A DNA stretch of 32,000 nucleotides from Candidatus Omnitrophota bacterium. GTDB taxonomy: Bacteria; Omnitrophota; Gorgyraeia; 2-01-FULL-45-10. The stretch covers positions 269,789 through 301,788 of the forward strand of contig JAMWCX010000001.1 of NCBI GenBank assembly GCA_023818895.1, written 5' to 3'. The translations under genes and the position numbers were made by a program. Under the pieces are notes generated by a model. It ran no database searches. It saw nothing but the letters and a program-made list of their open reading frames with translations, and was not told the origin of the DNA. This document shows positions 1 through 9,100 of this stretch, one piece after another (the stretch's first letter is position 1; every line of letters begins with the position of its first letter).

Positions 1-105
1 TTTAAGGGGATTCGGCTCGGCATGAAAGTACCCTTTTTCTTCCCAAACCTTGTAGATGGCGTCCTCTACCTGATGAGGATCATATGTTTTGGCCAGCTCG
101 ATCAT
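1..105 (-). CDS. valS: valine--tRNA ligase, first 35 codons only (gene continues past the left edge)
   Basis: This ORF is too short for the ORF track. A reverse-strand ATG at 105..103 opens MIELAKTYDPHQVEDAIYKVWEEKGYFHAEPNPLK and the frame stays open to position 1. It matches the conserved ValS N-terminus as I remember it for E. coli (KTYNPQDIE...YEHWEKQGYF). The ATG overlaps the TGA of the upstream cupin gene (ATGA). Confidence 0.75.
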   Translation of the reverse strand, partial: MIELAKTYDPHQVEDAIYKVWEEKGYFHAEPNPLK

Positions 106-371
106 TTGAAATTATAGTGTTTTTTTACCGGCTCCTTTACATCCCAGGTGCAGGCAAGGCCTTTCGGGAATGTCACGAAATCGCCTTTGCCAAAAGTGAC
201 GGATCTTCCGTCCCTGGTCTCGACAGTAACTTTGCCATTAAGAAAATAACACTGTTCCTGCGAATCGTACTGCCAGTCGAAACGAGATACCTCTTTTTCC
301 CAAATGGGCCATGAGAATACGCCCATCTTTTTTAGCTCCGCGTCGCTAAGTCTCTCTATCTTAATATCCAT
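102..371 (-). CDS. small single-domain cupin protein (DUF861/EutQ-like type)
   Basis: 89-aa ORF with a beta-barrel-type sequence (FLNGKVTVETRDGRSVTFGKGDFVTFPKGLACTWDV). It lies 11 nt after the ACT gene, and its stop overlaps the valS start. Confidence 0.7.
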   Translation of the reverse strand: MDIKIERLSDAELKKMGVFSWPIWEKEVSRFDWQYDSQEQCYFLNGKVTVETRDGRSVTFGKGDFVTFPKGLACTWDVKEPVKKHYNFK

Positions 372-382
372 AGCACCCTCCC

Positions 383-808
383 CTACTGTGCCGACATGGC
401 GTATTTCGCAAGAAGCGCCATCGCCTTTTCATTATCGCTTGTCTGCAACACCATACGTCCGCCGCCGACCCCAGATGGCGAAGTGATATAAAAGTATCTT
501 ATATCTATACGCGCTTTCTTAAGTTCAGTTGTAACGACTTTAAGCGCGCCGGGCTTGTTCTCAAGCTCAACCATCACAACCTCGGTTTCCTTAACTGACT
601 TATATCCCTTTTTCTTGAGCTCGCTTACGATCGCCAGGTTGGCGTTCGTTACCAGCATGAGCTTCGCAGTATTACCTGCTTCATAACCCAGCGCCGATTC
701 TATGTTCACCCCGCGGTTTGCCAGCATTCCCGCTATATCTGCCATAAGCCCTATCTTGTTCTTTGCCGCGATAACTATCTCTTCGCCCAGAGCAACACCC
801 TTTATCAT
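383..808 (-). CDS. stand-alone tandem ACT-domain protein (probable amino-acid-binding regulator)
   Basis: 141 aa made of two ~65-aa ACT-like repeats ([26 protein letters not shown]... and [27 protein letters not shown]...). Its start overlaps the cimA stop by 4 nt. Confidence 0.75.
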   Translation of the reverse strand: MIKGVALGEEIVIAAKNKIGLMADIAGMLANRGVNIESALGYEAGNTAKLMLVTNANLAIVSELKKKGYKSVKETEVVMVELENKPGALKVVTTELKKARIDIRYFYITSPSGVGGGRMVLQTSDNEKAMALLAKYAMSAQ

Positions 809-2391
809 AAGCGTCTTGCCTCCTGATTTTTGGAATCTTTCAAGAGCTTATACTCCACCGAATCGACCAGAGCCTGCCACGAGGCGTCTATGATGTTCTC
901 TGAAACACCCATCGTCCACCACGAATCGTCTTTGTCCTGCGACTGTATGAGGACTCTCACGCGCGCAGCGGTGCCTTCCTTTTCGTCAAGCACACGCACC
1001 TTGTAATCAGTAAGATGCATCTCGTCCAGAGTCGGGTAGAATTTCTTCAGCGCCTTGCGAAGGGCGCTGTCCAGCGCATTAACAGGGCCATCGCCTAAAG
1101 AAGCGGTATGCTCAAGCTCCTTACCAACCTTTAGCTTGATTGTCGCTTCAGATGAGGTCTTGCCGCCCTTGCGTTTCTCGATAATAACCCTAAAGTCCTC
1201 GAGCTCAAAAAAGTCGGTGAATTTCTTCATCATCCGCTTTATAAGTAGCTCAAGAGACGCCTCGGCAGACTCAAAATGATATCCCTTGTGTTCCATCTCC
1301 TGCAGGGCCTTGAGTATCTTTGTGGATTTCCCCTTGTCCTTGCCCAGATCGATATCTATCTCCTCGGCCTTTTTAAGTATCGTTGACCTTCCGGAAAGCT
1401 CTGAGATAAGAAGCCTTCTTTTGTTCCCAACGGCGTGAGGGTCGGTATGTTCGTACGTCTTCGGATTTTTTAGAATGGCGTTCACATGCACGCCGGCCTT
1501 GTGAGCAAAAGCGCTGTTTCCAACGAAAGGCTGGTGGTCGTCGAGCCGCATATTGCATATTTCTGCTACGTAGCGCGCGGCCTCCGAAAGCGTCTTGAGC
1601 TGCAGATCAGATATGCAGTCAAGCCCCATCTTGAGTTTAAGATTGGCTATGATGGATACCAAATTGGCATTGCCGCACCGCTCGCCATAACCATTCATGG
1701 TTCCCTGGACATGCACACAACCGGCTTGGACCGCGGCGATAGAATTAGCGACCGCCATCTCGCAATCATTATGGGCATGTATGCCGAGCGGCGTCTTGAC
1801 GGTTGTCCGTAATTCCTCGATGATCTCAAAGACCTGCGATGTCATGGTGCCGCCGTTGGTATCGCACAAGACTATTCTTTCGGCGCCAGCGGATTCAGCG
1901 GCCTTTATGCATCTTATGGCATAATCCTTATTGCCTTTGTAGCCGTCAAAGAAGTGCTCGGCATCGAAAAATACGACCTTCCCTCTCGATCGAAGAAATC
2001 CGACGGAATCACTTATCATCCGCAGGTTCTCATCCAGATCGCATTTGAGGACTTCGCGGACATGGAGGTCCCAGCTCTTCCCGAATATTGTGACTACGGC
2101 GGTATCCGCCTCGAGAAGGCCTTTAAGGATCTTGTCCGAGGCGGCTCTGCCGCCGGCATGGCGGGTGCTCCCAAACGCGACCAGTTTCGAATTCTCAAGA
2201 CGCAAGTTCTTCGCTTTTCTGAAAAACTCCATGTCTTTAGGATTGGCACCCGGCCAGCCTCCTTCGATAAAATGTATTCCAAGACTGTCGAGTTTTCCAC
2301 ATATCTTTAGCTTATCGCTTACTGAAAAGGAGATGCCCTCGGATTGCGCACCGTCGCGCAGCGTAGTATCGTAGAGCTCTGGCTTCATCAT
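805..2391 (-). CDS. cimA: (R)-citramalate synthase (LeuA/CimA family, isoleucine route from pyruvate)
   Basis: 528 aa. The N-terminus [24 protein letters not shown]...[16 protein letters not shown] is the CimA-type HMGL-like TIM barrel signature. A C-terminal LeuA-dimer/regulatory region is present. ATGATGA overlap with the lysC stop. Confidence 0.88.
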   Translation of the reverse strand: MMKPELYDTTLRDGAQSEGISFSVSDKLKICGKLDSLGIHFIEGGWPGANPKDMEFFRKAKNLRLENSKLVAFGSTRHAGGRAASDKILKGLLEADTAVVTIFGKSWDLHVREVLKCDLDENLRMISDSVGFLRSRGKVVFFDAEHFFDGYKGNKDYAIRCIKAAESAGAERIVLCDTNGGTMTSQVFEIIEELRTTVKTPLGIHAHNDCEMAVANSIAAVQAGCVHVQGTMNGYGERCGNANLVSIIANLKLKMGLDCISDLQLKTLSEAARYVAEICNMRLDDHQPFVGNSAFAHKAGVHVNAILKNPKTYEHTDPHAVGNKRRLLISELSGRSTILKKAEEIDIDLGKDKGKSTKILKALQEMEHKGYHFESAEASLELLIKRMMKKFTDFFELEDFRVIIEKRKGGKTSSEATIKLKVGKELEHTASLGDGPVNALDSALRKALKKFYPTLDEMHLTDYKVRVLDEKEGTAARVRVLIQSQDKDDSWWTMGVSENIIDASWQALVDSVEYKLLKDSKNQEARRL

Positions 2392-3620
2392 GAGTTCCTC
2401 TTTTTGCCGAGCCCGAACTTGGCGTGGATGGCCCGGACCGCGTCTTCACCGTATTTTTTGCCTACCACACACGATATCTTTATCTCACTTGTTGATATCA
2501 TTTCTATGTTTATACCTTTTTCCGCTAGAGCTTCGAACATCTTTGCCGCGACTCCTGAATGGCTCCTCATGCCTATGCCAACTATCGACACCTTGGCTAT
2601 ATCCTTATCGAAGATGACGCCACCTGCTCGTATTTTTGCGGATATGTCCTTGGCAACCTTTATGGTCTTGTTAAGATCATTTTCAGGTACTGTAAATGAC
2701 ATGTCGGTCGCCCCTGTCCTGGAGACATTCTGGACTATCATATCAACATTTATGTCCTGTTTGGCTATCTCCCTGAAGATCTTTGCCGCTATACCTGGCC
2801 TGTCCGGCACATCGCAGATCGTCACCTTGGCTTCGTTCTTGGTTAATGCGACACCGGAAACTACTATATCTTCCATAGCTCTTACCTCCCTGGAAATTAT
2901 CGTACCTGTTCTTTCCGAAAAGCTGGATCTTACATGTATAGGGACTCCGAACTTCATCGCGAACTCTATAGAGCGCGGCTGTAAAACCTGCGCGCCGAGC
3001 GACGCAAGCTCAAACATCTCTTCATAGCTTATCCTGTCTATCTTCCGCGCGTCCCTAACTATTCTGGGATCGGCGGTGAATACCCCCTCAACATCGGTGT
3101 TCATCTCGCATGAATAAGCCTTAAGGACCTTAGCCAAAGCGACGGCGGTGAGATTTGATCCGCCTCTTCCCAGCGTGGTTATATCCTGGTTTAAGTTAAC
3201 TCCTTGGAAGCCTGCGACTATAACGATACGCTTTTTCTTAAGCTCATCCACTATGCGCCTTGCGTTTATGTCGATTATACGGGCTTTTGTAAAAGAGTTG
3301 TCTGTTATTATACCAACCTGCGCGCCGGTAAACGATATCGCGCTTTCCCCTAGCTCATGAATAGCCATCGCCAATAGCGCACAAGAAACCTGCTCACCCG
3401 TCGACACGAGCATATCGAGCTCTCTTTCCGGCGGATTATTGGTAACCTGAAGCGCCAGTCCTATCAATTCATCGGTAGTGTCGCCGAGCGCGGAGACAAC
3501 CACTACTACATCATTGCCGGCCTTCTTCGTCTTCACAACTCTCTTTGCGACATTCTTTATCCTGTCAACATCGGCAACGCTCGTGCCGCCATACTTTTGT
3601 ACAATTATCCTTTTGCTCAT
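2388..3620 (-). CDS. lysC: aspartate kinase
   Basis: 410 aa. [15 protein letters not shown] amino-acid-kinase N-terminus followed by two C-terminal ACT repeats. Located in the thr operon. Confidence 0.95.
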   Translation of the reverse strand: MSKRIIVQKYGGTSVADVDRIKNVAKRVVKTKKAGNDVVVVVSALGDTTDELIGLALQVTNNPPERELDMLVSTGEQVSCALLAMAIHELGESAISFTGAQVGIITDNSFTKARIIDINARRIVDELKKKRIVIVAGFQGVNLNQDITTLGRGGSNLTAVALAKVLKAYSCEMNTDVEGVFTADPRIVRDARKIDRISYEEMFELASLGAQVLQPRSIEFAMKFGVPIHVRSSFSERTGTIISREVRAMEDIVVSGVALTKNEAKVTICDVPDRPGIAAKIFREIAKQDINVDMIVQNVSRTGATDMSFTVPENDLNKTIKVAKDISAKIRAGGVIFDKDIAKVSIVGIGMRSHSGVAAKMFEALAEKGINIEMISTSEIKISCVVGKKYGEDAVRAIHAKFGLGKKRNS

Positions 3621-3624
3621 ATGT

Positions 3625-4830
3625 CTATCCTTTTATAAGCCTTTCGGTCAATGACGACCCACTCTTGAACTTAAGCTTTGCCGCCATCGCGTTTGCCTCA
3701 CTAAAGACGTCAAAGCCGTTATGATCGATGCCGGTGCCCGCCACTTCAAATGGCGCGGGGTCATCTACGTGAGTCTTGACAGAAACAGGCGTTGCGTGGT
3801 CAGAGAGGACCATTATGCGATATTCTCCCACGGTGCGAAGGTATTGCCAAACCTGGCCAACCACAAACTTGTCAAAATTCTCGATAGCCCTTATCTTCTC
3901 CCGGACATCGCCGTTATGCCCTGCCTCATCCGGAGCCTCTACATGCACAAATATGTAATCTTTCTTTTTAAGGTACTGGACCGCATATTCACCCTTTCCC
4001 TGATAGTTCGTATCGTAATATCCGGTAGCGCCGGGAACTTTTATAACCTCAAGGCCTATGAGCTTTCCTATGCCATTTATGAGGTCTACAGCTGATATCA
4101 CTGCCCCCTCTATGCCGAAAAGACCTTTGAACGTGGGCATATTGGGATTGATACCCTGGCCCCACAACCATATCATGTTCGCCGGGTTTTCACCGAGGTC
4201 AACACGCACTTTATTTATCTCGTGCTTTTCGAGAAGAAGCCGCGATTCTTGCATAAGCTTTATGAGAACCTCGGAGAGCCTGCCCTTGGGCAGATGCTTG
4301 GATATGGATCTTCCGCTTATGTCATGAGGCGGCGTGCAATCACACTTTCTTAGGCCGTCCAGCTCGTCTTCGGATTTCGCTTTTATAACCAGCAAGTTCC
4401 GGTAACTTTTGCCATGGTAAAACTTAAACTTTTCCGACCCGAGCTTTTCGTCAAGGAACTCCATGATGGTCTTAGACTCTCTATCCGATATATGGCCGGC
4501 ACTATAATCGGCGAGGATGTCGTTATTGGCGGTTATAAGGTTGCAACGGAACGCTATCTCATTCGCCGAAAGCTCCACGCCGATGTTCGCGGCCTCAAGC
4601 GGCCCTCTTCCGGTGTAATAAACCTTGGGGTCATAGCCCATTATCGCGAGATTGGCTATATCGCTCGCCGGCTTCATTCCCGCCGGCACGGTTTTTACCG
4701 TGCCTATCATGCCGTTCTTCGCGATGTCGTTCATGTTCGGAATCTTAGCCACCTCAAGCGGTGTCCTGCCGCCGAGCTCAGGCACCGGATAGTCACTCAT
4801 GCCATCACCGACAAGTATGGCATACTTCAT
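3625..4830 (-). CDS. archaeal-type cofactor-independent phosphoglycerate mutase (ApgM) homologue; by context a proposed non-orthologous homoserine kinase
   Basis: 401 aa. [40 protein letters not shown]... is the ApgM-family metalloenzyme N-terminus, and [13 protein letters not shown] is the metal-site motif. AAGGAG lies 8 nt before the ATG. The gene sits between thrC and lysC. Confidence 0.85.
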   Translation of the reverse strand: MKYAILVGDGMSDYPVPELGGRTPLEVAKIPNMNDIAKNGMIGTVKTVPAGMKPASDIANLAIMGYDPKVYYTGRGPLEAANIGVELSANEIAFRCNLITANNDILADYSAGHISDRESKTIMEFLDEKLGSEKFKFYHGKSYRNLLVIKAKSEDELDGLRKCDCTPPHDISGRSISKHLPKGRLSEVLIKLMQESRLLLEKHEINKVRVDLGENPANMIWLWGQGINPNMPTFKGLFGIEGAVISAVDLINGIGKLIGLEVIKVPGATGYYDTNYQGKGEYAVQYLKKKDYIFVHVEAPDEAGHNGDVREKIRAIENFDKFVVGQVWQYLRTVGEYRIMVLSDHATPVSVKTHVDDPAPFEVAGTGIDHNGFDVFSEANAMAAKLKFKSGSSLTERLIKG

Positions 4831-4882
4831 TATTGGGCTCCTTTTGATCGCTCAGGATGAATCCTGGGTCCGCTGAAACAGA

Positions 4883-5938
4883 TCATAATCCTATTTCCTC
4901 TAAAATGGCGTCTGTCTTCGGTTCCAGGCTGACGGGTTTTGATATGCTGGCAATGGCCCTTTCGGGATCCTTTAGTCCATGCCCGGTAAGAACGCACACG
5001 ATCCTGCCTTTTACGTTCTTGAAGAAGCCTTTCTTAGCCAGTTTCAATATTCCCGCGACGCTTGTGGCGCTCGCGGGCTCAACGAAAACCCCTTCCTTAG
5101 AGGCCAAAATCTTATAAGCGGCCAGAATCTCGTCATCTGAGACCATGTCTATAAGCCCGTTCGACTCGTCACGCGCACCCTCCGCCTGCTTCCAGCTCGC
5201 CGGATTGCCGATCTTTATTGCTGTGGCGATAGTCTTCGGTTCTTTTACTGGATGGCCCAGCACTATCGGAGCCGCTCCTTCGGCCTGGAAGCCGAGCATC
5301 CTGGGTAATTTCCGGCTGATCCCAGCCGCTTTATACTCTTTGTAGCCCTTCCAATAGGCGGTTATGTTGCCGGCATTGCCTACCGGGATGGCGTGAAATT
5401 CCGGCGCGTCACCTAGGACATCGCATATCTCGAAACTACCCGTTTTCTGGCCTTCGATGCGGTATGGATTGAGCGAGTTTACCAGTGTTATCGGATATTT
5501 TTTTGTTATCTCCTTCACAAGCTCAAGAGCATCGTCAAAATTGCCTTTTATAGCGATGACCTTTGAGCCATGTATCAGGGCCTGCGAAAGCTTCCCCAAA
5601 GCGATATTGCCTTCAGGTATCAGCACAACGCATTTGAGGCCTGCTTTGGCCGAATAAGCGGCAGCCGATGCCGAGGTGTTGCCGGTCGAGGCGCACATCA
5701 CCACTTTCGAGCCTTCCTCGAGGGCCTTGGAAATAGCCATCGTCATGCCCCTGTCTTTGAAGGAGCCGCTGGGATTGAGCCCTTCGTATTTCAAATACAC
5801 CTCTATGTCGTCACCAATAAGGCTTGATATATGACATGCGAATATTAAAGGTGTGTTCCCTTCCTTTAAAGTGACCGCCGGCGTCTTGTCGCTTACCGGC
5901 AGAAACTTCCTGTACTCTTCTATTACACCCTTCCACAT
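4883..5938 (-). CDS. thrC: threonine synthase
   Basis: 351 aa. PLP-lysine motif [10 protein letters not shown], with the rest of the sequence threonine synthase-like. Confidence 0.95.
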   Translation of the reverse strand: MWKGVIEEYRKFLPVSDKTPAVTLKEGNTPLIFACHISSLIGDDIEVYLKYEGLNPSGSFKDRGMTMAISKALEEGSKVVMCASTGNTSASAAAYSAKAGLKCVVLIPEGNIALGKLSQALIHGSKVIAIKGNFDDALELVKEITKKYPITLVNSLNPYRIEGQKTGSFEICDVLGDAPEFHAIPVGNAGNITAYWKGYKEYKAAGISRKLPRMLGFQAEGAAPIVLGHPVKEPKTIATAIKIGNPASWKQAEGARDESNGLIDMVSDDEILAAYKILASKEGVFVEPASATSVAGILKLAKKGFFKNVKGRIVCVLTGHGLKDPERAIASISKPVSLEPKTDAILEEIGL

Positions 5939-5940
5939 GC

Positions 5941-7233
5941 TTATGCCTCCACCCTGATACGTACGAGTCGTCCCTTTACGACCTTGAGGGCCGCTATCTC
6001 TTTCAGGGCCTTCGCCATGGCCTTCTCAACGGCTTCGTGCGTCATCATAACTATTGGAACGATACTGCCGGCGCGCCTTTCCTTCTGAGTCACGCTGGCT
6101 ATGCTGATACCATACTTCGCCAGAACACCGGATATCTTTGCCAGCACGCCGGGCTTGTCAATGGCAAGGAATTTTATATAGTGTCGGGTTACTATCCTAT
6201 CGATACTTTCAATCGCTTTTACGTCTTTTCTAATACCTACATATTGCTCAATTTTTGACGAAGCGCCACAGGCGCATCTGGCTATCGCCACTATATCGCT
6301 TAAAACAGCGCTTGATGTCGGAGACGGACCGGCGCCTTGTCCGTAAAAAAGGTTTTCCCCCACCAGGTCGCCCCTGACGAAGATCGCGTTATACGCGCCG
6401 CCCACATTTGCCAAAAGATGTGATTTCGAAATCAGTGTAGGATGAACACGCAGTTCTAATAACTGGCCGGCCCTTTTGGCGATAGCGAGGAGCTTTATGG
6501 CATATCCCATCTCTGACGCATAACGGATATCGTCCTGCTCTATGCCCAATATGCCTTCCGTATATATATCCGATGCTTTCGCGACGGCTCCGAATCCTAA
6601 CAGCGCGAGCACCGATAGCTTATGCGCCGAATCGCCGCCGCTTATGTCAAGATAAGGGTCTCTCTCGGCATAGCCTTTGGCCTGCGCCATAGAAAGGGCT
6701 TCCTTAAATCCGAGGCCATTGTCACTCATCATAGATAAGATGAAGTTACTGGTTCCATTGATTATTCCATATATGAGATCTATCCTGTCGGCGACAAATC
6801 CTTCTTTCAGGGCCCTAATGATAGGTATGCCACCGCCGACAGATGCCTCAAAACCGACACATAGCCCTAATTCATTTGCGAGCGAGAAGATGCGGTCTCC
6901 GGAATCGGAAAGAAGCGCTTTATTCGCCGTGACAACATGTTTCCCCTGCCTCAACGATTCTAATATTATATCTCTGGCGGGCCTGATGCCGCCGATAAGC
7001 TCAACGACAACGTCTATGTTGGGATCATAGATCACCTTGCCGATCGACCTGGTAAGAAGCTGGGCGGGAACGCTGACAGGCCTCTTCGTCTTGAGGTCCT
7101 TGTCGCATATACGCGCGATATTTATGTCAACGCCATTCTTTTCCTTCAAGAATAAGCGCCGATTTTTTAGCGCCCTTACTACCCCCGCGCCTATGGTCCC
7201 GAAACCGATTATTCCGACATTGATTTTTTTCAT
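5941..7233 (-). CDS. hom: homoserine dehydrogenase
   Basis: 430 aa. N-terminal Rossmann motif [12 protein letters not shown], a catalytic domain, and a C-terminal ACT domain ([26 protein letters not shown]). Confidence 0.95.
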   Translation of the reverse strand: MKKINVGIIGFGTIGAGVVRALKNRRLFLKEKNGVDINIARICDKDLKTKRPVSVPAQLLTRSIGKVIYDPNIDVVVELIGGIRPARDIILESLRQGKHVVTANKALLSDSGDRIFSLANELGLCVGFEASVGGGIPIIRALKEGFVADRIDLIYGIINGTSNFILSMMSDNGLGFKEALSMAQAKGYAERDPYLDISGGDSAHKLSVLALLGFGAVAKASDIYTEGILGIEQDDIRYASEMGYAIKLLAIAKRAGQLLELRVHPTLISKSHLLANVGGAYNAIFVRGDLVGENLFYGQGAGPSPTSSAVLSDIVAIARCACGASSKIEQYVGIRKDVKAIESIDRIVTRHYIKFLAIDKPGVLAKISGVLAKYGISIASVTQKERRAGSIVPIVMMTHEAVEKAMAKALKEIAALKVVKGRLVRIRVEA

Positions 7234-7310
7234 ATGGATTAGTAACCCCCAGGCTTAATAAAAATTATCCTGCGAAGATTCTCCCGTCTGCCTTTTAAAG
7301 CAAAGTAGGA

Positions 7311-7388
7311 TGGTCGGGGGGACGAGATTTGAACTCGCGACCCCTTGCACCCCAAGCAAGTGCGCTAGCCGGGCTGCGCTACCCCCCG
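7311..7388 (-). tRNA. tRNA-Pro (anticodon GGG), CCA encoded
   Basis: The reverse complement reads CGGGGGG-TA-GCGC-AGCCCGGCTA-GCGC-A-CTTGC-TTGGGGT-GCAAG-GGGTC-GCGAG-TTCAAAT-CTCGT-CCCCCCG-A-CCA. This gives a perfect 7-bp acceptor stem, 4-bp D stem, 5-bp anticodon stem and 5-bp T stem with a TTCAAAT loop. The anticodon loop TTGGGGT places GGG at positions 34-36. Confidence 0.92.
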
Positions 7389-7422
7389 AATATATATCCT
7401 AATATTAATATATCAGGCGTGT

Positions 7423-7451
7423 ATTATATCAAATTATGATAAGTTCCGAAA
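7423..7451 (-). promoter_or_regulatory. possible extended -10 promoter for tRNA-Pro (and perhaps the downstream hom operon)
   Basis: The minus strand reads TTTGATATAAT (TGaTATAAT, with the -10 at 7428..7423) about 35 nt upstream of the tRNA 5' end. The -35 at 17-nt spacing is weak (TTTCGG). The same TTGATATAAT string forms the -10 of the XRE promoter at 21540-21549. Confidence 0.35.
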
Positions 7452-7498
7452 CAAAAAAATAGCGTTTATTACGGCGTCTGGGAAGGAAAGGGTCGTCG

Positions 7499-8506
7499 CT
7501 AAGGTTCAGACTCGATTTTGGATGGTCGTGTCATGAGGTCGTGAACTGCCTTTTTTGGATTCTTGCCTTCGTAGAGGACTTTATACACCTCCTCGGTAAT
7601 AGGCATCTCAACACCATACTTTCTGGAAAGCTCGTAGGCGGACTTTGTTGTGGCGGCGCCCTCTATAACCATGTCAGTCTGTTTAAGTATATCCGCCATC
7701 TTGAGCCCGCGGCCTATCTCCTCTCCGAACCACCTGTTCCTTGAGTATTGACTTATGCATGTCGTCGTCAGGTCGCCAAGACCGCTTAAGCCATAGAAGG
7801 TCTCGCGCCTTGCCCCCATAGCTACGCCCATGCGCACTATTTCTACCAGTCCGCGTGTAAGAAGCGCTGCTTTGGCATTTGTCCCGTATCCCATGGCATC
7901 CAAGGCGCCTGCGGCTATCGCGATTATGTTCTTTAGAGAACCTCCCAACTCGACACCGGTGATGTCATCGGAAGCATATATCCTGAAGTGCTCAGTCATA
8001 AATATCTCCTGAAGCTGCCGCGCAAGACCCATATCCTCACAAGCGATAACGGCGGTCGTCGGAGCGCCATTGGCCACCTCTAACGCAATGGTCGGCCCTG
8101 AGAGCACAGCGAGGTGAATATCTCCAAGCATCTCGCCAATCACCTCGGACATGCGTTTAAGGCTCGATGTCTCGATGCCTTTAGTCACGCTTACGAATAC
8201 CTTGCCGCTAAGGTCATGCAGCTTGAGCATCTCAAGCACACTCCTCATATGCTGCGATGGGACAGCCAGTATAATAAGATCCTTGCCGCGCAGGGCCTCT
8301 TCAAGGTCTGAGGTTATCTTGACATCATTCGGAATTTTGACCGCCGGCAGAAACTTAATATTCTCCCGGGTTTTTCTAAGTATTTCCACATAATCAGGGA
8401 ACGCCCCCCAAATGGTTGTGTTAAACCCTTTTCTTGCAAGAAGAATTGCGAGGGTCGTGCCCCACCCGCCGTCTCCTATCACGCAGATATTTTTTATGTT
8501 TCCCAT
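7499..8506 (-). CDS. gpsA: NAD(P)H-dependent glycerol-3-phosphate dehydrogenase
   Basis: 335 aa. Dinucleotide-binding motif VIGDGGWGTTLA, with the rest of the sequence GpsA-like. Confidence 0.95.
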   Translation of the reverse strand: MGNIKNICVIGDGGWGTTLAILLARKGFNTTIWGAFPDYVEILRKTRENIKFLPAVKIPNDVKITSDLEEALRGKDLIILAVPSQHMRSVLEMLKLHDLSGKVFVSVTKGIETSSLKRMSEVIGEMLGDIHLAVLSGPTIALEVANGAPTTAVIACEDMGLARQLQEIFMTEHFRIYASDDITGVELGGSLKNIIAIAAGALDAMGYGTNAKAALLTRGLVEIVRMGVAMGARRETFYGLSGLGDLTTTCISQYSRNRWFGEEIGRGLKMADILKQTDMVIEGAATTKSAYELSRKYGVEMPITEEVYKVLYEGKNPKKAVHDLMTRPSKIESEP

Positions 8507-8512
8507 ACTGGC

Positions 8513-9091
8513 TTAATCTATCACGCGCTCTATCGGAATGTCAATTTTTCTTTTATAACGGCCTGTCAATTTTCCTGATCCCAGAATATGTCCATTAATC
8601 GCCGACAAGAGGTCCTGTTTTGTTGAACCGGCCTCCAGATCAAGGGTAGTGTCAATAGCATACACCGCGAAGACATATCTATGAACACCGTACGGCGGAT
8701 AAGGGCCATCATAACCTATTTTTTTAAAATCGTTTATCCCTTGGATCGCGCCATTATCAAGAATCTCTGTTTGTGGGACGCCTTCAGGTAGTCCGCCATC
8801 GGCTGGCGGTATGTTGAAGATTACCCAATGAACCCATGTACCGGAAGGGGCATCCGGGTCATCACAAATGAGCGCGACGCTCTTTGTGCCGGAAGGTAAG
8901 TCAGACCATTCTATCGGCGGCGAGAGGTTTTCCTTGTCGTAGGCGTACCTTTCCGGCATCATCTGGCCATCCTTGAATGACGCGCTTGTCACTTTTATTC
9001 TCTCAACAGCCATCAAGCTTGGGGTAATATAAAAGCAAAGGGCCGTTATCATGAGTAACGTTAAAGAAATCCGAATCTTTTTTCCACTCAT
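8513..9091 (-). CDS. secreted YbhB/YbcL-family PEBP (Raf-kinase-inhibitor-like) protein
   Basis: 192 aa. N-terminal signal-like segment (KKIRISLTLLMITALCFYITPSLMA). PEBP core motifs CDDPDAP...WVHW and GYDGPYPP...HRYVF. GGAGGA lies 3 nt before the ATG. Confidence 0.85.
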   Translation of the reverse strand: MSGKKIRISLTLLMITALCFYITPSLMAVERIKVTSASFKDGQMMPERYAYDKENLSPPIEWSDLPSGTKSVALICDDPDAPSGTWVHWVIFNIPPADGGLPEGVPQTEILDNGAIQGINDFKKIGYDGPYPPYGVHRYVFAVYAIDTTLDLEAGSTKQDLLSAINGHILGSGKLTGRYKRKIDIPIERVID

Positions 9092-9100
9092 AGATCCTCC

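Noticed and set aside
2344-3027. 227-aa plus-strand ORF antisense to lysC (and similar ORFs at 14330-14887, 25641-26039 and 28742-29218).
   Set aside because: Each is entirely overlapped by an unambiguous gene on the other strand (lysC, fabH/plsX, the kinase, the KAS). The sequences are hydrophobic and low in complexity, with no motif and no RBS.
4853-4866. Inverted repeat CAGGAT-ga-ATCCTG in the thrC/ApgM-like gap, considered as a terminator or attenuator.
   Set aside because: It has only 5-6 bp, no U-tract follows, and it is followed directly by the AAGGAG RBS of the next gene. It is probably at most a minor mRNA structure.
7441-7498. T-run (ATTTTTTT on the minus strand, around 7452-7460) after gpsA, considered as an intrinsic terminator.
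   Set aside because: I could not find a GC-rich stem of 5 bp or more preceding it.
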